Assembly: GCA_963693365.1 (NCBI GenBank)
Contig: CAVNZM010000005.1
Coordinates: 9,776,334 to 9,840,333, forward strand
From: Amoebidium appalachense
Lineage: Eukaryota > Protista > Ichthyosporea
Direction of reading: 5' to 3'
Length of the DNA stretch: 64,000 nucleotides
The position numbers and the translations under genes are program-made. A model generated the notes under the pieces. It did no database searches and was not told the origin of the DNA. It saw nothing but the letters and a program-made list of their open reading frames with translations. Of this stretch, positions 53,423-64,000 are shown in pieces. Every line of letters starts with the position of its first letter. Within the stretch, counting starts at the first letter, position 1.

Positions 53423-54892
53423 TTACTTGAATCTGACGGCATGGGTCGGGGGCCACGCACTGGACGATATCTGGGATAGCCTGTCTGTATGGGGGGGTTG
53501 GTGGGTGAAGGCCTTGGGGGAGGGGGGGGGGGGGAGGGTTGGTGTGTGGGTGAAGGGCGTGAAGGGGGGAGGGGGGGGGGGGGGGGGGGAGGGGCATACC
53601 ATGATAGTTACCGATTCATAACAACGTAATCTTGCATGTTGATCAGGGACCATTTGCAGGGATATTTGGTTTGCATGGAACCGGTACACTGTCCCTTTGG
53701 CGTTGTCCTTCTTATTGTCCGACTGGGCAAGATCGTCTGCAGCCCGCTCGAGAATGGCCACCGCGAACGATACGGACATGTCACCGGCCAAAGTGCGCTG
53801 AATCTTCGCCACCAACTCATCCACGTCGACTGCGTCCGGCTGCGGCGGCGGCGGAAGGGGTGCTTGCTGTTGTGCGATGTGCTCCACCTGCTGGAGGAGC
53901 GCGTGAAGCTGGGACCACCGTGTCACCCAACCGTCCGCAAGCTGGTGTAGCAAAAACGGAGTGGGACTTAGAATGTTAACGGTTGTTAGCGGCTCAGTTG
54001 GGGGTTGTGCGGGTAGCATGGCGAAAGATATGTAGTGGCCGTCTGGGGTAATGTTGACGTGGCCTGCTTGAAGCGCGATCGGTAGCTGCCCTCCCCCCTC
54101 GATAGTCACGTGGGTGTGTGTTGAACAAGACAAAACAACGCCGGCAGGGGTCCTGTGGGCCGACCAGCCCGGGTGGTACTGGACGATTTGGCAAACACGA
54201 TCAATAAAGACAGGGTCCGGTAGCTTAATGTGGTCCGCAAGCTCGCGTGCTCTTTCCTGCTCAAGTGCAGCTTGCTTGGTGCGCTCTGCTGCTTCCCGCT
54301 CATTTAACTCGCGCAAGCGCTTTTGTTGTGCAGCCAACTTGCGCTCTTCATTCTCCTCCCGAACCCGTTGCTTCTCCTCTTCCTCCGCTTTCTTGCGCTC
54401 TGCCGTTTCCTCCTCTTCCCTCCGCGCTTTTCTTTTGAATGCTGCAGTACGAATCACCAATTTTGTCGCCGGGAGAACAATGGTTTTTGCGGGGTCATGT
54501 GGGTCACAAAAGATGCGGGGGGCGATGGCAGGGTAGGACTTTGGGTCCCTTGCGAACGTAACTTGGTTAACGGGCTGCGGGTGTCTGTCATTTGTAGCAC
54601 CTATTGGGAGGTAGTCTTCATGAAGGAAATGCTTAACGCAAACGTAAGGCCTACCGTCTTTGTAAATTTGTTTGAAGTGTTCAACACCATCCCAGGTGGT
54701 CCATGCTTTGCTGCAGTTGTTATACCACAGCTCCCATAACTCAGGCTCCTTATCGGGATTTGGAAACCTAAAGGTAGAAACAGTTCCCTTAGGGTTTATC
54801 TTTCCCTGTGGGTCTAAGTTCTCCTTGCCCCTATTCTTGCGGACTTCGCTAGCATAGTTACTCTTGCAGTTGTACACAAAACATGCTTTGGG
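53423..54892 (-). CDS. THAP (C2CH) zinc-finger protein, probably a truncated or domesticated P-element-like transposase N-terminus; start unresolved
   Basis: PKACFVYNC...FRFP...W...VCVKHF is the THAP pattern, followed by a charged coiled coil. There is no in-frame ATG between the upstream TAA (54955-54953) and the first Cys, and no catalytic DDD domain is seen. Confidence 0.65.
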   Translation of the reverse strand, partial: PKACFVYNCKSNYASEVRKNRGKENLDPQGKINPKGTVSTFRFPNPDKEPELWELWYNNCSKAWTTWDGVEHFKQIYKDGRPYVCVKHFLHEDYLPIGATNDRHPQPVNQVTFARDPKSYPAIAPRIFCDPHDPAKTIVLPATKLVIRTAAFKRKARREEEETAERKKAEEEEKQRVREENEERKLAAQQKRLRELNEREAAERTKQAALEQERARELADHIKLPDPVFIDRVCQIVQYHPGWSAHRTPAGVVLSCSTHTHVTIEGGGQLPIALQAGHVNITPDGHYISFAMLPAQPPTEPLTTVNILSPTPFLLHQLADGWVTRWSQLHALLQQVEHIAQQQAPLPPPPQPDAVDVDELVAKIQRTLAGDMSVSFAVAILERAADDLAQSDNKKDNAKGTVYRFHANQISLQMVPDQHARLRCYESVTIMVCPSPPPPPPPPFTPFTHTPTLPPPPSPKAFTHQPPHTDRLSQISSSAWPPTHAVRFK

Positions 54893-55469
54893 TTGGTAAG
54901 GAAGAAAATGAAAAGCCGAAAGAAGTATTGCAAAGAGCGGGTGAGGTGGGCCTTAAGCCCACCACGTGTGAAATTTAAAGCTGGGCTGTATTCGATGATA
55001 CTGTCCCGTCAACACGCCGCCCTCACCTGCTCCCCGTTGCCGTGAACTGCAACGGCGCAGGCCACACAGACCGGCGATTGACCGCCCCTCTGTAATCGGC
55101 TGTTTCGTTTATAGATCCAATCAGATGCCTGGAATCGTCTATTTGAGAATTTAAACAATTTTACTTCCTTCCGTAATCACGTTGCTGCCATAGCCGGATA
55201 AATCTAAGGGGATAGTTTTTCCCGCCAAAAAATAGACCGTACCTTCCGCTAGACTCAAATCTTGCGCAAGCTAATGAGAAAATTCCGATTACGTCACTGA
55301 CGGACGGCCTGAGTCTCTAGATGGCCGTGCTCTCTGCGTATCGGCATTTAATTTTTTATGATATGTAGCCATCGCTAGGCGCATCGCGATCCTATACCAA
55401 CCAGCTTTAGCCGAATTTCAAAAAAGGGGGATCTGCTGCTCCGAGGCACGGTGCTCGAGGCAAGACAGA

Positions 55470-57394
55470 TTTTTTTCTTTTGACTGGATTTATTCAACGG
55501 AAAGATATGCAAGTATGCACGGCATACGGAGAAGACAATAAAAACTTCACGAGTTATCCAGTAACAAGTGCATACTGAGATACCTGAACACTGTGTGAAA
55601 ATCATATAAATACTCAATGTGACGACCAAGAATGATTCAACAAAAAGTCTAAAGTGTTCACATTGCCAGCTAGTGTAGCAGATACCCGGAGGGAAAGAGG
55701 TAAAACGCGACATAAAAATTCACACCTATCAACATGCTTGCGATTAAAAAGGTCAGCACAAAAGTGGCACCAGCGGCGATGAAAACAAGAATTACAGCGC
55801 CACTGCACAACTTCCCAGGCAATATCAACATCAGAGCACCATACAGACTTATCTACTAGGGTGGTATCCATACGTACAGCAGGAGAAATGTATCCTGCCA
55901 AAGCTCCCAAAAAGCGATAATGATCAGTACGGTGTTGCCTAAGAAACATAACACATGCCGACTGAGTTTTACCTTTGATTTCTCTATCAGAACGAGAAAG
56001 AAACTTATACTGTGTATGGTAATAACGCGAAAAGGCAGAAAAAACAGGAAGAGAAAAGAAAGAGGGAGTGAGATAGCGAGAGGAAGAATCAGGTGGAAAG
56101 AGGGTAGGCTGAGGACATTCAGAAATAGCTTTGGTGAATCGGGGGGGAAGAGGGATGGAGGGAGGGGGGGAAAAGAAAGCATAAAGAGGGTGACCATCAG
56201 GTAGCCTAACTAAATGAAAACAAAAACGAAGAGACAATTCCTCCATACGACAAACAGCAGACGACAATCCAAACATACTGATTAAGGGAGGCACAAACCG
56301 AGTACGAAACAAAGTGCGTAGCGCAGTACCCTGAAAATCGTCGAACTCGTTCAGCGCCATTGCCGCCTCGCGAGGTGGGGCGCAGGCCAATAGCGGAAGT
56401 CCATATTCGAAAGTCGGCCGTAAAAAAGTTTTATAGTAGAGAAGAAGGTTCGCAGGATGGATCACAGACTCCTGTTGAAACATATTTGACACGATGTGAA
56501 GCTTACCCTTCGCACGAGCGATCCGTGCCGTGAGGAGCTTGCGGAAATCAATACCCCGTGCAGTAAAAGGAATACCCAAATAGTCATAGGTGCTCTGAAC
56601 AGGAATAGGAAGGCCGGCCAATCGAAAGGAAGTGTTCTTCGAAAAAGTAGCACACTTTGCAATTCCGACTGTCATGAGCTTCTCGGTGCACCATTGATCC
56701 ACCTGACGAAACATCTGGTGCATGACATCTTCGGTTAAGGAACAAAGAACAATATCGTCCGCAAAAAGGAGACCCGGTACACGGCGGGTATGCAGTTGGC
56801 CAAAGGGTTCGAGGGCGCAGGCTAAATCGTCAATGAAAACGTCAAACAACAACGGACTCAGGAGGGACCCCTGCAGAAGACCCCGGGAACGGGAAAAACC
56901 GGGTGTTAATGTTCCATTGACCGCCGCTCGTCCGCGAGTGGTATCGAACAACGCTTGCAGAAGACGGCCAAAGGGGGCTGGTAAGCCCCGCATAGCCAGC
57001 TTATGCCATAACAAACCAGTGGGTACGGTGTCGTAGGCGTTCTTAAGGTCGATGAAGACAACGTGTGGAGAGCCAGAAGTAATGGATTCATGGAGTAACA
57101 GACTGTGAGTATAACACGAATAGGCATGACGAAAGCCCCCTTGAAGGGAAGAAAGACGGAACACGGCGTTTAAAGAATCGTCGGTGTTAAACGCGCGAAG
57201 CATGCAACCCTCGAAGAGCCGACGAAAAACATTGGTAAGTGTGACGGGACGAAAGTCGTTAATGACCCCCTGCGATACCTTCTTACGAACGGGCGTAACG
57301 ATTGTGTCAAGCCACGAATTTGGAATAAACCCGAGTTCGAAAAAAGCCGAAAAAAACTCACTAAGAAGGACAGCAAAAGGCGGATCTACTCGGC
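55470..57394 (-). mobile_element. 5'-truncated non-LTR retrotransposon with a complete RT domain
   Basis: The open frame extends upstream of the tracked ORF (IPNSW..., DFRPVTL). Motifs: QGGFR, FIDLKNAYDTV, GLLQGSLLSPLLF, LLFADD, YDYLG, YYKTFLRPTFEYG, QWRCN...CHFC...RKHVDRC. AATAAA and an A-rich end lie at ~55495-55470. Confidence 0.9.
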
Positions 57395-59184
57395 CGTGAG
57401 ACGTTCAACTAAAAATCAGAGCGCCACGCTCTGTCATGGATTGTGCGAGGCTTTGCAATGATTGAATAATTGGGTTGCGCAAAGCAAAGATTCTAATTAT
57501 CTATTCGCAGGTCTAGAGGCTAATGGCCTAAATGAGGATGCATGTAAATTTGGATGGTCACCGATTGTGCCATGAGTGAGCCACTTATGTAGCGTTGAAG
57601 GCGCGCAAAAACTATATATTTCATTTTGATGTAGTGCATTGTAGTAGGATAATTAATCTTGTTTTGCCATTTAACTAGAAGTATGCATTTGTTTATACTA
57701 GGCATAGCCACGCTACTGTAGGGGAAAGGCTCGACACAAGCAAGTGCAACGGTGCGGTACAGAGCTACACGTGCAACCTTGTAGTGTGATCTGAGTTACC
57801 ACAGATCAGAGCATATTCGCCTAAATATCTGGAGCTATACACAAAATTTTATTGGTAACAATGTCAAATTATAATTTAACCAAACGTGTTTATTACTTTT
57901 ATGAGAGCATTCACACTTACTTATATAGACCAATTTCCTGCAACCCGTTTCCATGCGGGATGGTCAAAGAGCCGTCAGGCCCGCCACATCTTTTGCCGCT
58001 GTACACACCGCAACCAGACCGAATATTCCATTCGTTAAAGATTAACCAATCATATTCATGGATCTGTATGGAATGGTATTTACTCTTGATATCCCGCCAC
58101 TACGAAGTAGGCCATCGTCCCCAGCCTGGCCTGCGGATTCTCGGTCATTTCTACCACCCAACACGCCAGGAAAGCCTCAGAAATACCATTACAGGAGCCC
58201 CTGTAGCAACTCATGGGCACTTGCGTTGTCCTGTAGGGCATTGTTTAGAGTCGACAAAGGCAGTTCTCTCTGGCGGTCTCAAGCAATTGCATAGACCCGT
58301 GAAGTTGAAGTGCTTGAACAACGTGGATAAACATCACTCGTCACAACCTTGTGCCTTTCGTTCAGTAGTAGCAATTGATAACAAGCATATTAATCAGCAC
58401 AGCGATACAGCTATTCAGGGTTGAGAAGGTTTTTTTTGTTTTGAATATTAATCAGCTCCCTGGCTGATCGAAATGTCAGTGTAGAAACAACAGGCAGCAG
58501 CACACACGATCATAGCCCAACCGATGTGTCGCTAGAAAAGGAACGTATCACGGTGTAGCTTTTCTGGTGGTACAGTACCCATGAGAAAAGAGATATACAG
58601 AAGCTGTCACATTTTTATACGGCGTCTTTCGCCGATGATATCCTCTTACCATATCGCATTCCAGCTTTTTTTTCTGTTATCTGACCGTGGGCACGTAGTA
58701 GGGCACGTGCAAAAAATGTGAAGAGGAACTCATGAGGTTTGAACGTCAAGTGATGCAGCGCCAGTGACAACCATTCCGTGCCTATTGAACAATTGTAGAC
58801 ACAATAACCCTATATCATTCTGGATGTTCGGCGGAAAACACATGCATGAGCAGAGTTTCCACGCATTTATACACCGTAATTATTCACACCGAGTATGATT
58901 TTTCCCTCGTCGAATACAGCTGTCTGCTAGGTCGAGCTCGGCCTACGAGGGCGGCAGTGAAGTGGAATCAAGTTATGAGGCAAAAAAAACAGCAAAAAGG
59001 GACACTTCAATGTTAGGACTCGGTTAATTTTTGCGATTTCTACAACAAGCAGACACAATTGTCTTATATGTTGGCATCAGTATGAAGTCGTGCTAGCTTT
59101 TCTTCTTCTTCTTCTTCTTTTTGAAAACAAATATATATAAACTCTAAAAAATTGATAATTCATCCTGCCACACACTCGGTCAGA

Positions 59185-59518
59185 ATGCCTCCGGAAGCAA
59201 ACCACAACATGCCTACTCACGGCACCCACACCTCCACCCACGTCAACTCAGCGGGCAGCGACACAGCTTCTTCCCTTAGCGGAAGAGAAAGTGCAATCAT
59301 TCACAAATCAACGACAAAAAGTTCATGTTGCAAAGAGTCGCTTTTGGAAGAAAATGATTTCAATGCGGAGACACACAGGTTGTTGGAAAGAGCGCATGAG
59401 AATCCGAATTTCGATTGGAACGATGTGGTGAAACCTACACCGGAGGCTGTGAGCATATTCCAGTCGAGAGATGGACGCGGCACAAGAAAGTATGAACCCG
59501 CATCCTAATACCGCATCC

Positions 59519-59573
<55 letters not shown>

Positions 59574-60530
59574 ACATCCTCCCCCTCCTCCCCTCCCCAG
59601 GCCATTTCCTTTGCAAATACACCCACCACCACCATGGTTGCTCTTAAACTCAGTCGATCTATGCTTTGTTGCGGCCGCGTTGCTCAAATACTCCCGAGAT
59701 CTACCTGGTTGCTGGTTGCAATTAAATGTTAGAGCCGGCGCTGAATGACTCGTATATAAAAAAAAAACGAGGAAGGGAGAGGAAAAAGGAAAAAGGAAAA
59801 AGAAAAAAAAAGAAAAAAGAGCAAAAAAAAAAGAAGGGGAAAAAGGTGCTATCTAAAGTCCTTCTCATTTTTCAGAGAGTTGCAGCAAAACTTTGAAAAA
59901 GTCAAAAATAAAATAAATCATAGATAAAATTTAATAACGTAGAAGCAAATATATCTCCTTAACCGCACCCGAAATAGTCCAGTTTTTTTTTTACTACATA
60001 ACCCAGAAAATTCTAATTTCTGTATTCTATTTAGAGGGATACCCCTATCCCCAGCCGTCAGCCCCATTCATCTATGTGCATCTCTCACCCCCAACTTGTG
60101 ACACCTGGGACCACATACATACAATTAATATTCAATATATTTCAAAATTTCACATCATCTTTATGACCCGTGCCCTAGGCTCTGCTGCAACATTTCATAA
60201 GCATGCCGATACCTTCCCATATTTCGGCTCCACAACCAAAGCTTTTATCCATTCATCCACATGTTCGTTAAATCTGTAATCATATGATAATGATTAAAGT
60301 TTAGGGTCTAACAGTTGACTTGGTACACGCACACACAAGCACAAACTACACCCATTGGCGAATGAGTCAAGGAAACATAGACAAGCCAAACACACTGCAT
60401 ACATACAAAACGGCATCGTTTGTACTCATGCACAGGTTTTTCTTTTCTCCCCTCTCATTTTCACATGGTTCCCTCTTCAAATACGACTCCTTTCCCCTTT
60501 TCCCCTGGGCCTCCCTATACCGACCCCCCC

Positions 60531-60571
<41 letters not shown>

Positions 60572-60788
60572 AAAAAAAAAAAAAACCGAAAGAAAAAGAG
60601 AGAGGGAAAAAATAGTACACTCCTACCAAAATTCATCATTCATCCTTGTCCCCCAACCCCCACCTGCCACTCCAATCCCCCCAAGGCTTATCTGCACACA
60701 CTCGCTTGCTCACGTCCCCCCCCCCCCCCCCCCCCCCCCTCCCCTTCCCCCACACCACCACCATCACCCCTCTCTGATCTTTCCCTCA

Positions 60789-60866
<78 letters not shown>

Positions 60867-60934
60867 TTTCCACACACGCACACACTCATCCTCTCCCCCT
60901 CCCCCCCCCCCATTCACACACACACAACCTTTCC

Positions 60935-60966
<32 letters not shown>

Positions 60967-61643
60967 ACACACTCCCCTCCCCTCCCTCCCCCCCCCCCCC
61001 CCCCCCCCCCCCACACACACACACCCCACACACACACAGATGGGGTGGTACCATGCGCACCCTCATGGTACTACTATTACCAGTGCTTACTCTCCCGTGC
61101 CTCGTCATTGCACGGCTGTGCCTGAGTGAGCTCACGTACCAGGCCAGAGAAGGCAAAAGAGACGACTGGAACCTTCCGGTGGCCTATGCATGGCTCATGC
61201 TGTGGCTAGATATACCCCCCGGTGAGTGGCTCGTGAAGTATTATGGTATACAATATAGCAATATATCGTGAATTATTTGACTAATTATGTAGCAAGAGTT
61301 TGTAAATGACCGACTATGATGGTTTAGCAGTTACGGCCTACCAACCCCCCCCCCCCCCCCCCCCCCACCCCCCAAACACACACACACACACCTGCCCACC
61401 CACCCAACGTAACCTACGTATTCCCTCCCTTTTTCCTGGTGCTGAACCGTCCTCCTTTCCCCGCCGACCCCACCCCTTCCCCCTCCCCCCCCCCCCCCCC
61501 CCCCCCTCCCCCTGGCCAACAAAAAAAAAAAGAGGAAGAGAAGACAACACACCCTCATCTTACCACACCTATACCTACAGCACCACCAACACACCATCCC
61601 ATTTCCCTCCTCGTTCTTGAGATTTTTGTGGAGTTGTCTTTTT

Positions 61644-61675
<32 letters not shown>

Positions 61676-61800
61676 GGGGGGGGGAGGAGGGGGTGGGGGG
61701 GGGGGGGTTAGGAAGAGGGAAGGAAGGAAGGGGCAGGGAGGAAGGGAGGGAGCCGTAGGGAAAGAAAGAAAGAGTGGGAAGGAAAGGGGGGAAGGTGGCC

Positions 61801-61837
<37 letters not shown>

Positions 61838-62320
61838 CTCCATGAACTATGCTACCTTCTCAGGTTTTAGCACCCTCCCCTGCGATATAATAAACCTGTT
61901 ACTGCCCGTATTAAGGAAAATAAATTTTAGCACTACGTTAATACACCAATCGAAACACCAATCTAAAATTTGATTCATGGATGCAGCGCTCACGGCATGC
62001 ATCTGCCTGTTCAAGGCCACGGCAAGCGAGAAGGCCCACCTCGGCCCACTGGTGACCCTGTGGGCTATTATTAGCGCATGTGCAGAGGCCATGGGCCAGG
62101 TGTTGCTATTTTTGTACATCATACCCAGGCTGGATAGAACAAAGTAAACGACCCCACCTTCCCCCCCTACCCCCTCATCTCCCCCTTTCTTCCTCCTCCT
62201 CCCATCATCAACCCCTCGCACACTTAAGTTATTCCTTCGCTTCCTCCATTCACCCAACCCCTCCACGGTTCCTTCTCCCCCTACTCCCCTCCCCCCCTTC
62301 CCCCCCTCTCATCCCCTCTT

Positions 62321-62351
<31 letters not shown>

Positions 62352-62569
62352 GGGGGGGAGTTGAGGGGAGGGGAGGGGGGCTCGGGATATACCTTACAAG
62401 TCACAACCCACATATCGCACAAATATTCATTGAACACAAAAAGAAGAGCTACGGAGCAGCCGTTGTTTTCCAATCGAGAACACACACCCACACACCACTT
62501 GCCCGTACATACTCACTTCCTCCCTCCCTCTCTCGTTTTCCTTCTCTCCCTGCCTTCCTCCTCCCAAAC

Positions 62570-62606
<37 letters not shown>

Positions 62607-62746
62607 CCCGGATCTCTCTTATCTCTTCCTGGCTAGTCTCTCTCACCGTCTGTCGAACATGCACACTGAGGCTCTCTCCCACTTGTCCTCCCCCCCCCCC
62701 CCCCCTCCCCTTCCCGGGGCAAAAAGGCAATTGAGAGGGGGGGCCG

Positions 62747-62778
<32 letters not shown>

Positions 62779-64000
62779 TGGGGGGGAGCGCACCTGCTCA
62801 CCTACCCACCTTCGGGCTGTCTAAAACCAGCTTGATAGACAAAAAATGACAAACCCGAACTGAAAACAAAAAACCATAACTTATACTTAAAATTTTTAAA
62901 CTACAGCAGCATCATCGTCTGTGTGGGTGTGCTCCTCCTTCCCGGCCTCAACGACGTCCTGGCACGTGACACACGACCAATAGATCGCACGCTCAATCTC
63001 ATTGGTGCGCTATTTATAGCCGGTGGCCTGGGCGCCTTCCTTTTTTATCTCGAAATGGTGGATTTCTATTGGTTGGTTCCCGTCGCACTTGCCTTATGCG
63101 GAAGCCCGTGGATGATGCGAGAGTATCTGTTCCCGGAGCAGGAGAAGTACCGTTACATGGCGGGATTTATCCACTCTCTCTTCAAAACGGCAATGCTGGT
63201 TGGTTGTGGTGCGTATATGCCCCCCCCCCCCCCCCCCCCCCCCCCTTCTCCCCCCCCCTCGCCTCTCCCCTCCCCCCCCCCCCCCCCCCCCTCACCCCAC
63301 CCACCTGCCCACCCACTCCATGCCCCCCTTCCCCCCAACCCCACCCCTACCCCATCCTTCCCCCACCTGATTCCGTGCAATCCCCTTAACCCTCCCCCCC
63401 TCCTTCCCCACCTCCCCCACTCCCCGCCCGCCGTTTCCCCGGAGCAACCACATATGCATTTTTTTTAATTTAACCACCAATAAGTGGGATCATTAACTTG
63501 CTGTTGCATTCCGCAATCCCAACTCCCCCCTCCCCTTCTGATTCCCGTACCGACTTCTCTATTCCTGGCTCCTGTTCTCCCCTCCCCCCCCCCCCCCCCC
63601 CCCTCCCCCCCCCCCCCCCCCAACGTGTGATCCATGTTCAATCCGATGATATTCCATCCTCTCTCTCTGCATTCAGTTCCAAACGGAGCCATCACAAAAG
63701 ATAACAACTCCCCCCTCCTCCCTCCCCCCGCCCCCCCCCTTCCCCCCAGTCCCTCCCCTTCTCCTCTTCCCCCCTCTCCCTCCCTCCCCCCCACCATCAC
63801 CACCACTCCATTCCCCCCCTCCCCCCTCCCCCTCCCACAAAAAATCCCAAGCGACATGTTCATTCTCTCACGGGTACATTTTGCACCCACAGAGTTAGCC
63901 GTTTGGTGCTACAACCGCCACAATCTGTCCTTCTTATGGGACTATGGATTCCAGAAGCTCGATCCCACCAATCAGATCGGGGCATGTGCCCTGGCGGGTC
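59185..64000 (+). CDS. Multi-pass membrane protein, probable chitin synthase N-terminal TM region; runs off the window
   Basis: Exons 59185-59489, 61040-61221, 61987-62143, 62907-63208 and 63893->64000 join in phase. Motifs W.ML...PP..CLFK, AEAMGQVLLFLYIIPRLD, GVLLLPGL, WLVPVALALCGSPW and RY....SLFK follow the order I recall for the animal-type CHS N-terminal domain. Catalytic motifs are not in the window. Confidence 0.6.

Noticed and set aside
58628-58648. FADDILL as an RT catalytic motif
   Set aside because: Isolated. No QG..LSP motif upstream and a stop follows shortly. The region 57400-59100 remains unassigned.

Overview
Eukaryotic nuclear DNA that is intron-rich and saturated with poly(C)/(G), (CA)n and (CT)n tracts. 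A unicellular holozoan/opisthokont protist is my inference from gene content only. Nearly all short Pro/Gly/His-Thr/Val-Cys ORFs in the track are microsatellite artefacts. Hand-spliced genes are: FAN1 (minus, 3' end beyond the window) carrying an intronic tRNA-Ser(GCT); a divergently transcribed ~32-exon ACAD10 (HAD + APH kinase + acyl-CoA dehydrogenase); a claudin/PMP22-like tetraspan; an F-box/LRR gene; a THAP-domain (P-element-like) ORF; and the 5' part of a probable chitin synthase. Mobile DNA includes a 5'-truncated Penelope-like element with a C-terminal RT (Chlamys/Naiad type) flanked by poly(C), about 10 dispersed copies of a 3' tail ending in poly(C), and non-LTR RT elements, two of which form a 1.2-kb inverted pair. 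The most interesting signal is a ~150-nt pseudoknotted RNA motif just upstream of that tail. It is present in two diverged copies with a compensatory change and matches no ribozyme consensus I can recognise. Several other highly structured intronic islands also occur.
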